64,000 nt of DNA from Corallochytrium limacisporum Hawaii. Taxonomy: Eukaryota; Protista; Pluriformea. Position 1 is the stretch's first letter, and every line of letters begins with the position of its first letter. The DNA is taken from the NCBI GenBank assembly GCA_002811645.1, contig PDIP01000259.1, positions 9,768 through 73,767 of the forward strand, given 5' to 3'. Below are positions 20,946-33,171 of the stretch, in pieces. A program made the translations under genes and the position numbers. Under the pieces are notes generated by a model, which saw only the letters and a list, made by a program, of their open reading frames with translations, made no database searches and was not told where the DNA came from.

Positions 20946-23507
20946 ATGGACTACCTCGATGGACAATGGTGGCCCCTAGGGAATGGCAGTGACCCTGGCC
21001 ATGAGCCAGCCGTTCCCGGGCTGAAGGACAGGCTTCCGAGCAATATGTCTGCATTCTTTTTATCCCTTGCAATCAACGGGTTCCTTGGACTAACGTTCTT
21101 TTGTTCTTATGTGTTCCTCAGAAGGTTATTTCCAAAAGACGAGTCATTGGTCAACAATGCTCAGAAACGTGTGAAAACATTACTATGGGAGGCATATACA
21201 GCTACCGATCAACGCATTATGCGCACCCTTGGATTAGATGCGGTCCTCTTTACCCATACAACACGGTCGGCTTTGTGGACTATGATTGTCACAGCAGTAA
21301 TCTCCATTGTAGTCCTTGTGCCGGTGCACTACTATGCAGGTGGTCACCAGCTTGGTCTTAGTGCGTTTTCAATTGTGAACATTCCTAGGAAGGAAAACGA
21401 CAAGCTCTGGGTGCACGTCTTTCTGTGCTATTTACTGACAGGTGCATGGCTTGTGGAGCTTCTGCAGGATTACGGATGGTTTGTGGCCCTGAGGCAGAGA
21501 TTTCTGGCCCTACCCATTGCGTCCAATGTTTGCTGCATGATCCGAGATGTGCCGAGGTCTATGCGTGACGAGAGCAATCAGACACTGCTACGGTATTTCC
21601 AAGAAGTCTACGGTGAGGAAAAGGTTCTGGACGTTGTATTTGTCCGTGATACCCGCAACATGAACGAAATTCTCACCGAGTTAAATCGACTGCTCAAGCA
21701 GAAGCAGGACATTATTCTGGAGTCTGAGGTGCTTGGTCGACGTCCGTACACTTGGGTATGGGGATGGGAAGCCAGTCAAGCCGTGCCCTTGGCAGGATGT
21801 ATTCCGTGGCCACCATGTCGTAAAGCGGATAAGGAATCTGTGCTCAACCTACGCTTGCAGCGCCTCGACCGAGCACTGCGGGAGGCGGAAGAGGATTTGG
21901 ACGAAGCTGTGCCGACAAACATTTGCTTTGTAATCTTTGCGGATACGCAGGTTACAAATGTAGCACTGCAGTCACTGATTATGCCGTCACCGTTTGGGTT
22001 AGACATTGAACGGGCTCCGGAACCCAATGATATCATCTGGAGTCGCCTTGTGCGTGGAGAAGGTCCCTTGAAGCGTCGGACGCGGATGTTGGTAACATCC
22101 TTCCTGGTCATTTTGCTCGTCCTCTTCTACACTATACCTGTGGGATTCATCAGTTCCTTGACTACCGTAACCACCTTGGAGTACTACATGCCCTGGCTCA
22201 AGAAAATCCTTGAACAGTATCCACGGATCAGAGACATTATGAGTGGTTTCTTACCTACTATCGGTTTGCGTCTGTTCCTGGCTCTGTTACCAGCCATTGG
22301 CGAAGGCTTTGCGTTCTTACGATTCCTAGTCACACGAACACAGGTGGAAGATTTTACCTATGCCATGGTTTACATTTTCACCATCTTCAATGTAATCATT
22401 GTATTCAGTTTCTCTGGTGCTATCCTGACAGAGCTTCAACACATTATTGAGAAACCGAAGCATGCACTGGATATCCTGGGCGAGACGCTGCCATACCAAA
22501 GCACCTTCTTCATTATGTATGTGCTACTGCTAGCCATCACGACCATACCACTGCGCCTGCTGCAGATCGGGCACCTCTTCATGTGCTTCTGGGAGTGGTT
22601 CACAAAGAAAATGGATTGCGTCTTCAACAACTATTCTCACCGTCGGTCCTCGATTATTGGGGAAGATTCTGAAGAATATGTCAGCGGACATCCGTATGCA
22701 AGGGAAGAGAGGCAGACCATCGACACTGTATGCGAGTCGCAGATTGGCGAATTATTTGCCGAGCATTCCTTGGTCATGACCATCTGCTACGTGTATGCTA
22801 TCCTATCACCACTTTTAGTACCGTTTGTATGTATCTATCTGGCCATTGCACTGCACTTCGGGAAGTTCATGTCCTTGTTCCAGTGGCAGGCTGTGTATAT
22901 CACAAACGGCAATTCGTACCCTGCCATCTTTGATCGTCGCATTGGTGGGATTGTACTGGGGCAGATGACCTTGGCTGGGGTTCTCTTCCTCAAGCGCAAT
23001 GCTATGGCCGCTTTAGCCGTCCTTCCGCTTATTATCATGACTCTGGTGTTCCAAAACCGGGTTAGTGGGCGCTATCGTGGGTTGGCCAACTACCTTGCTC
23101 TGCAGCGAAACCAGCGTCGGAACACTTTACTACAGCTCCCCATCACGTCAGCGCTCACAGAAGACGGCGTCGAGGAAGAGAGCGGAGAGCAGACGCCACT
23201 ATTGAGTGGTAACCACATGGGTACCAACCATGGCACGAATTACCGACGTCCCACTCGCGAAAGCGGTGGGGCTCCCATGGAGCAATTGCCACCGTGGATG
23301 CGTTTCCGTCGGCAGTACCGTGAAGGATCGCGCACTGTGGGCCGTGGCAGTGATTCCTATACTGACGAAGAGACATTGCAGGCGCGGTCAACAGATGAAT
23401 CTGCGGTTGAGGGCGTGACAGAGGATCTCGAGTCATTGAATCTGCCTCGGAATGTTGAGATCAACTCAGTGTCAGAGTTCTGGTTTCGCTATGCTGGTGG
23501 TGAGTAA
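20946..23507 (+). CDS. TMEM63/OSCA/CSC1 mechanosensitive or calcium-permeable channel
   Basis: GLDA..F, S..NI...KLW.H, cytosolic RRM-like region (F..F), APEPNDIIW, LP..S.FF..Y, Y...SPL..PF and about 11 TM helices. Confidence 0.92.
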   Translation: MDYLDGQWWPLGNGSDPGHEPAVPGLKDRLPSNMSAFFLSLAINGFLGLTFFCSYVFLRRLFPKDESLVNNAQKRVKTLLWEAYTATDQRIMRTLGLDAVLFTHTTRSALWTMIVTAVISIVVLVPVHYYAGGHQLGLSAFSIVNIPRKENDKLWVHVFLCYLLTGAWLVELLQDYGWFVALRQRFLALPIASNVCCMIRDVPRSMRDESNQTLLRYFQEVYGEEKVLDVVFVRDTRNMNEILTELNRLLKQKQDIILESEVLGRRPYTWVWGWEASQAVPLAGCIPWPPCRKADKESVLNLRLQRLDRALREAEEDLDEAVPTNICFVIFADTQVTNVALQSLIMPSPFGLDIERAPEPNDIIWSRLVRGEGPLKRRTRMLVTSFLVILLVLFYTIPVGFISSLTTVTTLEYYMPWLKKILEQYPRIRDIMSGFLPTIGLRLFLALLPAIGEGFAFLRFLVTRTQVEDFTYAMVYIFTIFNVIIVFSFSGAILTELQHIIEKPKHALDILGETLPYQSTFFIMYVLLLAITTIPLRLLQIGHLFMCFWEWFTKKMDCVFNNYSHRRSSIIGEDSEEYVSGHPYAREERQTIDTVCESQIGELFAEHSLVMTICYVYAILSPLLVPFVCIYLAIALHFGKFMSLFQWQAVYITNGNSYPAIFDRRIGGIVLGQMTLAGVLFLKRNAMAALAVLPLIIMTLVFQNRVSGRYRGLANYLALQRNQRRNTLLQLPITSALTEDGVEEESGEQTPLLSGNHMGTNHGTNYRRPTRESGGAPMEQLPPWMRFRRQYREGSRTVGRGSDSYTDEETLQARSTDESAVEGVTEDLESLNLPRNVEINSVSEFWFRYAGGE

Positions 23508-23792
23508 AATAAAACTCTTAGTCGAAGATTACTGCCGAAAGGAAAGATATGCACAATGTATTTTATGTTATGTATAGGAAAGGAAAACATTGGGAAACAA
23601 GGAAAGGCTTCTGCACTCACCTCCTCCTCGATAACCACATTAAAGTGTCAAGACGAGTCCATGTCCAACATGGACATGGTGGTAACCGACCACGACCATG
23701 CTTCAAGCAGCTTGAAGCATCCAGAGGAAAAAAAAAGTTGGTGGTTTTTTGTTAAATGAACAAGATGTTTACCAATAGAATGGGCAAACAGC

Positions 23793-24110
<318 letters not shown>

Positions 24111-24194
24111 TTATTTGTTAAGTTGACTGAGTGAAGTAACTTGAACTTAAAACTTCTTGGCAACCTTCACCTTCGTAGAGATCCCTAGAAACCC

Positions 24195-24214
24195 TTAAAT
24201 ACCTCTAGATGCAC
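24195..24214 (-). promoter_or_regulatory. Histone promoter motif GTGCATCTnnnGGTATTTAA (H4 copy)
   Basis: Minus strand reads GTGCATCTAGAGGTATTTAA and ends ~90 nt upstream of the ATG. It is 17/20 identical to the H2B copy. Confidence 0.7.
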
Positions 24215-27200
24215 CCTTCGTATTTTTGACCCTTGAACCCTTAACAACTGTTCAAAGTTCTCAGTTGGACGTGAACAGAAACCATTTCTCTTTTCTCTAC
24301 AATATTTCGCGGACTTTGTTCACTCCACCACATCTGCTTACAGTCCCTTGCCCTTTTTGCGCGCCGAAATACGGGCCCAAGTGCACAGGTTCGTTGTCGC
24401 CGACAACGATAGCGCCAAGGTCACGGTCCCTGGAACTGAGTCCCCCCTCCCCCCCAAATTGCTGGCACACGAAGTCTGGGCTTCCCGGCACATCCGTACA
24501 AGGCCGGCACAGGCCGGGAGGTTAGAAGGTATCTGATTTGATGAATTTAATAGTGAATATATGAAGACATTTCCAACAGTTTGGTTCTTTTATTCGCTAC
24601 CCTGGTGGCTTTGCCACGGCTCCGCAATCGGACGTCGATAGGGACGATCGGGGTCAATGCTATCCCTTTCCCCCTCACTCCGATTTCGTTCCTGAGTTGA
24701 AGGGGAGGACGAAAGACAACGCGAAATGTGTAGTACATTTAATATAGTCTCCGGACCCGGTGCTAAATTGGTCGTTCAGACCGCCGTTTTGGGATCGAAA
24801 GTCCGCGGAATATACCTGGCTCAGTCTCGTCAAGCCGTCCACCTTCGATTTGCGGTGGCCCGACGATGCCGTTAACATGCAGACGGAACGTGGTTTTTCT
24901 TGTGCTGTGGTCAGCATGTTACAGGTAAATGTACCGGATCCATGGGTGCCTTAGAATTTTATTCTAGCATTCCATTTCCCTCTATTTCAAGGGTCTCCTT
25001 CTAGCATCCACACTGCGTCTTCCTATCTCTCCAAATGAAGTCTGGCCTGCATGTTGATGTATCGAGAAACAGGCTTACACAGTACTGAGTCGCCAGGATT
25101 TGTTTCTGTTTGTCCCATTTCTTCCCTTGCCTACTTCTCCCAATTTAGAGTGTGTTGCCAACGTACCAGACACTCGGACCTGACCCCGACTCTGATATCG
25201 ATAGGTCCTCCACCCGCATCCACACCACATTTCACTAGTAAACATGTGTCTATAATGCGAGTAAAGGGTACACATCCACAAGATACGTCAAAGTAAGACT
25301 GTTCGAAAGAATCCATGATGTTACAAGCCTTGGTGCACCATATTTCGTTTCAAGCCAATGGCGGTGGCGCCCAAAAAAATGGAGAACCAAATAGTTCCGC
25401 AGAATATTTTCTCTTGCCAATGCGCGCGAGATAGCCTTATACCCATAGCTAATCATAGCGAGTTTGTCCTTTCGATCCGATATTTCGAGTCCCTGCCAAA
25501 CGGTTTGCTGCTCAGCTGTATTTCCTGTCATTGTGCGGAGGGAAGGATGGATGTCCTATTGATCAGTAAAGAATTTTTGCCGTCTGTTGCGATGCGTTCG
25601 TTGTGGGCATGCACAAGGTGCCTGAAGGCTCCGTTCTGTGGTAATTGTTGAGGATGGCGACAAGATATTTCTCATTCGCTTCCTTAAGTATCTTATGCAT
25701 AGGTCCTCAAACTCTATATCTGGAAATTTCCATAATATGTGTATGGCAGTAGACAGCGAAGTCATGGCAAGTTGGTTGTCGCAGGAAGGGATCAAGTTCG
25801 TGTCGTTACCAACCTGAGGGGCAACACCGGACTCTTCCATCCACAGGGGAAACCCGTTGCCTCTTTGAATTGCACAGCCATCCTATAAACTTCAAAAGTG
25901 AATGCAAGTGCTTAATGAGCTATGATGTTCTTATGGGTAAAGAATCAAGGTAAAACTTGTGGCGGAGGTCGGGGAGTCACCGCGATATCTTCATTGTTGC
26001 TGAGCTTTCTGGGATAGAAGGTCACCCTTTAACACGGAATGTGAAAGACAAGCATCACAGTAGGATGGTATCGGAACACATCATCTCCAGGAAGGACCAA
26101 ACGGCTATAATATTTGTACGGGTTCTGAAGGTAAACCAATCTTTGGAGATTAAATTCTTGATGACAGGATCACGGACCCTTGAAATGGAGCTCCAAAAAA
26201 AAGAAAGCTCACATCACACTGACGATGCCAAGGACTAGCGGGCAGAAAAAAAGTTGTTTACATGCCGAAGCCGCTGTCGCAATCCCGTGGAATTGAGAGC
26301 CCTTGTGCATGTCCATAGTTAAAGAACTGAGTTCTCAGATCAAGTGAAAATGAGGAACGGGAAAAAGGAACCCCCTTTACCTTTCTCCATCTGGACTTGC
26401 TGAATTAGGCCGGGGATGGGGAACGCCAGTGGACTGTTCGAACTTACAGAGAAAGCGAGGGGCCCGGTGAAGCGGTGGTAACGTCGTCATGCGGGTCCTG
26501 ATTCCGGACATTTGTTGAACGATGCGTATGTATAGTACACGAACTCGAACGAAGAAAGCACCCTTTTCTTGCAGAATACCATCAACCATAAAAGATCTGA
26601 AAAACCACGCAACGACGTTGTTGGCACAAATATAACACAGCAATGATCCAGAAAGTCAAATCCCGGCTGAGAGAAGAGCATCCTCTTGCTGTCTCCAATC
26701 TCGAGACATTGAGAAAAGTTAAGCATGTGGGAGAACTCATTGAGCGTACGTTATACATTCACTATATTTTTCGTCCAAGTTTCTCATCGCCTAGGTATCC
26801 CGAGAGTGTTGGGGTTATCCTAGATCTCGGGATTAAGGTCCCCCACTTAGGGGGCGGTAGGCTTTCCAAATTTCGTGTTGTTCTCTGGAACACATCATTA
26901 AATGAATTCATTGGATGCATTTTGTCCCTGCCGTGACTACCATTTGTCATGTGTCTGATACCTCACAAACTTGGCATGATCATGTTGATTATTGCAAAAG
27001 TATGGCTGTGTGGATGTTCAACATGTACATCATCTGCTTTCCATTGCATGCGTCCGTCCTTGCGCTCTCTCGATGGCAAATGGCATGCATAGGGGGCCAC
27101 TATCAAAATAAAAGGGCGAGCAAGAAATGCGTCATCGACACTAACGGCTGCAGAGAAGCCTGAGCATTGGCGCAACAGGCAACCCACACCGCAAACTCTA

Positions 27201-28213
27201 CCACGTAGCCTCTTTACCAGTCCAGTTCTGTGAACAGACAACAGATAGATGATGTTGCCAATCTGAGTAGAGGTAATCAGGAAAATGGTAGAGGGATTTC
27301 TGTGACCAGGAAATTATTGTCGCTATTCCATATACAAGTCTGCCACTGTAGTATCCGTTTCGATCCTTCCCCATGATCAAGGTCCTTTCTCCGCCGTTTA
27401 TCTTCCGGCTGCAGAGGATGCCTGCTCGATGTACAGACGTGATTTTCAAATCGCATGAAAGTGCCCATTCCCTGGTATTCTGTGGTATTCAGAGCCTTAT
27501 CCGCGAATTGTTGTTGTTGTTGCTTGCAGGTGACACCATGCAAGTGGTCAGTGCTTTCAATGCCGAATCCAAGCCCCACCGCACCGAATGTCCGCGTCTG
27601 GTACATTCACTACTACAGTAGTTCACTATCCAGGCAATCCGAAATATTTCTCCTCAGCTTGCATGTTCGCGCCGTATTTTGGCGCCCAGAGTTTTTGATT
27701 CACTAAATATATTCAATTTCGACCTTTCGATCCAAAATTTGCCACGAATTCCGTCCCTTTTGCCAGACGACGAAACTGCGCGCAACCAACAATGTACCGG
27801 TGGAAAATATTTGAGAACAGTGCGGACTGCTTTGTCCGCTCATGAGCTTGTTTAGAATCGACGCTCTGGAAAGTTGATAAATTATGTACTAGAAACTGAC
27901 CAATCTGAACAAATGGAGGGGTAGCCAGCGAGGTGGGAGGGCTTGCGAGTGTCTCGAAGCCGGAGGAAACTGGAAGGGGTCGTGGGTGAGCGGACTTGGA
28001 GGACGGGGTTGCAAAGGTGACACCGCAATGAGCTTGAACCCGCCAACATCATTGCCCGGCTCCTGTGGCGGACTTTTGCGAGTCACGGCAGCGAGACCTC
28101 AGTTGTCCCCTTGGCGCCAAAGACGAGGGAAAAATTGGACATTGGACCCTCGATGACAATAGTGCAAACCCCCAAGAGGCGCGTACGATACAATGGGGTT
28201 GATTCTAGTGGAT

Positions 28214-28233
28214 GTGCATCTCTGGGTATTTAA
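28214..28233 (+). promoter_or_regulatory. Histone promoter motif GTGCATCTnnnGGTATTTAA (H2B copy)
   Basis: GTGCATCTCTGGGTATTTAA ends ~88 nt upstream of the ATG. Confidence 0.7.
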
Positions 28234-28321
28234 ATAGATCTACGTTCCCTACTGTCGTAGCGTCGCCGTGATAGATCAGACACTTGATATCTCATATCCA
28301 GTTCAACTTAAATCATTCATC

Positions 28322-28690
28322 ATGCCTCCAGTTGCATCCAAGAAGGGCGAGAAGAAGGCCGCCGGCAAGAAGGGCGGAGACAAGGGCGGTAAGCGCAAGA
28401 AGGCCCGCAAGGAGTCTTACTCCATCTACATCTACAAGGTTCTGAAGCAGGTCCACCCCGACACTGGTATCTCCAACAAGGCTATGCTTATCATGAACTC
28501 CTTCGTTTCTGACATCTTCGAGCGCGTCGCCAACGAGGCTTCTCGTCTTGCCAAATACAACAAGAAGTCCACCATCACCTCCCGGGAGATTCAGACTGCT
28601 GTCCGTCTGCTTCTGCCTGGTGAGCTGGCCAAGCATGCCGTCTCTGAGGGTACCAAGGCCGTCACCAAGTACACCTCCTCCAAGAACTAA
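28322..28690 (+). CDS. H2B: Histone H2B
   Basis: [23 protein letters not shown]...[25 protein letters not shown] at 28322. Confidence 0.99.
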   Translation: MPPVASKKGEKKAAGKKGGDKGGKRKKARKESYSIYIYKVLKQVHPDTGISNKAMLIMNSFVSDIFERVANEASRLAKYNKKSTITSREIQTAVRLLLPGELAKHAVSEGTKAVTKYTSSKN

Positions 28691-28995
28691 ACAGCCTGCC
28701 CGTTATCAATATTTCGGTGAGATGACTGTGGTCTAAAACAGTTCAACGAGGTGTGTATTTGTCATTGACATTTTCATCAATTCCATGCCCATGACTTCCA
28801 TCACTTCTAGTGAGTCTCATTGCACATGATTTCCACACCCAACTTTTTTTTTCTTTTTTTTTTGGCTTTTTTTTTCACCTGGCCAAGCAAATTCGAACTA
28901 CAATACACCGCTAGTTGTACGAGTGCCATGACCACCGTGGCATTTGGCCCCTCGTGGGTATAAAGTGAACATCATGTTATCATGTTTATTCCTAA

Positions 28996-29838
28996 CTAAA
29001 CAATGGAAACTAATAGCCAGATCACTAGAGCAGCCGCGGCGAGAATGGTGGCTCCTAGCATATACCACCTCAATGGTCCGCAGCAAGAGCACAACAATAA
29101 TGTACTGACCAGGCACGCCCTGCTCCCATCGTATTTAGCCCTAAAGAATTGACCACCAATCGGTCCATGTAGGTTGTTGCGAGCCATGAAGGCCTGAACT
29201 TTGAATCCGAACCTGCCTTTAGTGACCTGCTCCGGCTGAATGAACTCTTCTTGGCGGAATGTGAAGAAACAGTAGCGATGTGCTCCCGTACGGGCAGGTG
29301 GGATCGGTGGATGCCAAGACACCACAGTGGTGCCATCAGGGACAGAGCTTCCTGGAATGTTTACCACACACCAGTGCAGCACTGGAGGCCGCAATGCTGC
29401 GTCCGGATCAAATGCTATCAGGGTGTGGAGTCGGTGCCCCTCGCCTAGATCACTCGACTCTCCTTCTAGTCTTCGCTGACTGGCCTCTGTATCAAACTCA
29501 AGATCGACCTGTGGTGTCTCATAGGCCTCTGCGGGGGTTACCATCTCTCCAGTATACAGTACCTTTTCCAGTACGGCTGGAAAATGCAAAGTTATGGCAC
29601 ATTGATGATCAATACTAGGCACTACGTCAGGTACGAGATTTCGGTCCAATCTCTCGAATGTAAATTGAGAAAAGGTGGATCTAAGAGTCAAAATCGCACC
29701 CCGCAGATTTGCTCCGTATTGGCTCTGCGGCGCCATGAACTGATGAATATATGCGGACAACCCGGAACGGTCCGTCTCATTTTCATCTGAGTCGAGACCC
29801 AAAAGGCGCTCCCTAGGTGAGTCCACCTGGCTGGACAT
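28996..29838 (-). CDS. Phosphatidylethanolamine-binding protein (PEBP/RKIP family) with a C-terminal TM helix
   Basis: L.PDV, DPDA, LHW.V.NIPG, PP..TG.HRY and F...NNL..P motifs, then a hydrophobic C-terminus. Confidence 0.85.
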   Translation of the reverse strand: MSSQVDSPRERLLGLDSDENETDRSGLSAYIHQFMAPQSQYGANLRGAILTLRSTFSQFTFERLDRNLVPDVVPSIDHQCAITLHFPAVLEKVLYTGEMVTPAEAYETPQVDLEFDTEASQRRLEGESSDLGEGHRLHTLIAFDPDAALRPPVLHWCVVNIPGSSVPDGTTVVSWHPPIPPARTGAHRYCFFTFRQEEFIQPEQVTKGRFGFKVQAFMARNNLHGPIGGQFFRAKYDGSRACLVSTLLLCSCCGPLRWYMLGATILAAAALVIWLLVSIV

Positions 29839-31666
29839 TGTGACTACAGGCGGTCTTGACTACGAAATGTGCTAAATTACGGCCGGCAGTCTACATTTTT
29901 GAGACCATGAATAAAATTGTAGCTATCTACCCTTACATGTCTCGTTGTTTGACAACTTTTCCGGAGGATTAGTCTGTGGTAATGTGTGTGAGTGGTCACG
30001 TAATATTGTCGTCACAGAGATTCCATCACACTTCATATAGCACTAATTTGAGCACAGATAGCTGGTGATCAGGCCAGTACACATAGCATAAACGCGTACT
30101 TGTGTAGAGCATATAAGTAGAATTCACCCCGAAGAAGGTGCCACAAGCAACTTTATAATTTCCCAATGGCGTTAAGGTGGGTTCCTCCGCTGTCTCTGCG
30201 TCGCGGGTCTGGGCAGGCAGCATCATCAGCAGCAGTCCGGGCAGAGCCACTCTTGCCAACACCCCGGAGGGCACCCCCAACCGCTGAACACCTGGCTTCC
30301 CCTCACTCTACAGCTCTTACCCTCCGCGACATATCCAATATCCTTAGTTTGGTCCTCCCACTTTGCTCGGAAATTGTAAAAAATCATCGCCCGCTGGCTG
30401 CCTGGCTGGCCGCTGGCCCTGCACGGCGAGGCTACATCACCCCCCGCTGGTGCGCTCGCTATCAGGGAGCAAACCTGCCGCGCTCCCCCTCCCCCCAACA
30501 ACACACATCGCTTAGCGGTCCGGCCGGTCGAGTCAATTCCCTCTAATTGAAATCGAAGAAACTTGTAAATCAGTTCATTCAATACTAACAATGGGCACCA
30601 AACATTCCAATCACAGTTTTAATCGGAGAATACGGCAACTCGTAGCAATGGTCCCCTGGTACTTAATATATTGGAAATGTCATGAGAAGTTGGGAAATAT
30701 GAGTACAACCAGTATTGCAACCGCTAGAGTGGCTAATCCTTTTCTCACGCTGCTTGGGGCCCAACTGCCCGTCATTCCCCGTACTGAATATACCGCGCGC
30801 CTGTGCCTACCAAGCTCCTTCGTGTTCTCAGTGCGCAGTCGAAGGCGATGGATGTGGCGTTTTGGGGTCTGAAGTGGCTGCCGACTGGAGATGGCGACCG
30901 CACCTGCCGTTGTGTATGCAAATCACCGGTATCCCTTCATCCCCATCCGCGCGTCTGGACCTCAAAGATAGATTGAGTTGGATGGAATGATGACCCTTTT
31001 AGGATGCTCAGACTGTGGCAGCGGATGGCATCGTGATACACCGGGAATTTTTCGAAACGTGTGGGTGCGAATATTTTGCGAACTTGAGCAGATGACTTCT
31101 TGCTCATCATACATATACGCGTGCGCTTCATTGGATGTGCAACTCCTCTCATAGTGTTTCTCGTGGGTGCGGAGAGATTTGTATAAAGGTCAGTGGGCTG
31201 CCGCATACCGGATTATAACCGGAGGAGTGGAATCAAAGCTTGCGGAAACTGCAGAAAGCAAGTGATACACTTCCAAGGAGGAAGTCCACTGTGGGAGAGG
31301 TTTGGAGTCGGCAGCGGCGGGTTCAGGGGTGAGTGGGGCCTAAGGCTACGGTTGTGTGTTGTGTGTAATAACCAATGCTTCGTACCCGTCCCTATCTGCT
31401 GATGGGCAAGAAAATTATGAATTTGGGGGGGGGATTGTCTGGGCGACGATGTGGTTTTTGTCGAAGTCCAGCTGGTATTGTTGGCGTTGCGTTTGCTGAT
31501 GGCTCCCACACTTTACTTCAGTTCGCTACGCACATTCGTATAGGTGTTTGATGTGCACAGGTACTCGTGGCCTAAGCATTTCTATCTGAAGGCACTACAA
31601 CAGCCGATACTTGAGTTCCTGTGTTGATCTGTGAACACCAGAACGAAAACTCAAGGTAGAATCACC

Positions 31667-33025
31667 ATGACAAAGTCCAATCTGTCCGGTATTGTAGAGG
31701 AGGATGGCCTGAAGTACATTCCTGGTCATGGCAACATGTGTGCCTCCGAGGCAGTAGACGGTGCGCTGCCGATCGGCATGAACAGTCCACAGGTCTGCCC
31801 CTACGGTCTGTACGCTGAGCAACTGAGCGGCACAGCGTTTACTGCCCCCCGGGTCGTGAACAAGCGCACCTGGCTCTATCGGATCCTTCCCAGTGTCAGC
31901 CATAAACCCTTCACCGCGGTTGAGGGCAGCCACGTTACCCACGACTGGGAGTCATGGAAACCTAACCCAAACCAGATGCGCTGGAAGCCATTTGATCATC
32001 CAGCAGACGGAGAGACCAAGGACTTCGTCGAAGGTCTGTACACTGTGGCCGGTGCCGGTGACCCCAAGGTCAGGCACGGCTGTGTGATCCACATCTTCAG
32101 TTGCAACACTGGCATGTCGGGGCGGGACCGAGCCTTCTGCAACGCGGACGGCCACTTCCTGATCGTGCCGCAGTCCCGCAAGCTAGAGATCATCACAGAG
32201 ATGGGCAAGCTTGTGGTCAAACCGAATGAGATTTGTGTGATTCCCAGGGGTATTCGCTTTGCTGTGGATGTAGACGGACCTGCCCGAGGCTACATCCTCG
32301 AAGTCTTTGGTAGTGACTTCCGCATTCCTGATCTTGGACCTATCGGTGCAAACGGTCTAGCTAATCCCCAGGACTTTCTGAACCCTACAGCGTGGTATGA
32401 AGACCGCGAGTGCACTTTCACAGTCATGCATAAATATCAGGGCCAATTGTTTGCGGCCGAGCAAGGCTTCAGTCCGTTCAATGTTGTCGCCTGGCGCGGT
32501 AACTACACTCCCTACAAGTACGACTTGAGCCGTTTCAACGCCATGAACTCGGTAACCTTCGACCATGCGGATCCCTCGATTTTCACCGTCCTGACCGCGC
32601 CGTCCCTGGAGCCTGGCACTGCCGTCGCTGATTTTGTCATCTTTCCGCCGCGCTGGGGCGTGGCCAACGACACCTTCCGCCCCCCTTATTTCCATCGCAA
32701 TGCAATGAGCGAGTTCATGGGACTGATTCTCGGTGAATACGAGGCCAAGAAGGACGGCTTCTTGCCTGGTGGTGGATCTTTGCATTCGATGATGACCCCA
32801 CATGGACCAGATGTCAAAACCTTTGAGGGGGCAAGTCGCGCAGATCTTAAACCGGAACGGGTTGCCGAGGGTACCCAGGCATTCATGTTCGAGTCCTCAC
32901 TGGGCCTGGCCCTAACCAAGTGGGGCGAAGAAACTTGCCATAAGGTCGACCCGAAGTACTACGAGGTTTGGCAGGGTATGAAGAAGTATTTTGACCCCAC
33001 GAAGCGTGACATGAAGCTGCCCTAA
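31667..33025 (+). CDS. HGD: Homogentisate 1,2-dioxygenase
   Basis: [54 protein letters not shown] and HS.MTPHGPD. ATG at 31667. Confidence 0.97.
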   Translation: MTKSNLSGIVEEDGLKYIPGHGNMCASEAVDGALPIGMNSPQVCPYGLYAEQLSGTAFTAPRVVNKRTWLYRILPSVSHKPFTAVEGSHVTHDWESWKPNPNQMRWKPFDHPADGETKDFVEGLYTVAGAGDPKVRHGCVIHIFSCNTGMSGRDRAFCNADGHFLIVPQSRKLEIITEMGKLVVKPNEICVIPRGIRFAVDVDGPARGYILEVFGSDFRIPDLGPIGANGLANPQDFLNPTAWYEDRECTFTVMHKYQGQLFAAEQGFSPFNVVAWRGNYTPYKYDLSRFNAMNSVTFDHADPSIFTVLTAPSLEPGTAVADFVIFPPRWGVANDTFRPPYFHRNAMSEFMGLILGEYEAKKDGFLPGGGSLHSMMTPHGPDVKTFEGASRADLKPERVAEGTQAFMFESSLGLALTKWGEETCHKVDPKYYEVWQGMKKYFDPTKRDMKLP

Positions 33026-33171
33026 AGTGTTCGAGGTCCTGGGGCTCGATGGTCTCGTGTCGGCCTCGAAATTCAACATTGCTTTCTTGGCTCTACTTCC
33101 TTATGAAGAACAACCCAATCTTTTAACAAGTTTACAATATAGTGTAGTGTACAGTCATGCTAAATTTGGTT

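Noticed and set aside
30026-30280. 84-aa minus-strand ORF with a signal-peptide-like start
   Set aside because: It has a non-ATG start and no recognisable homology, and it lies in the PEBP/HGD promoter region.
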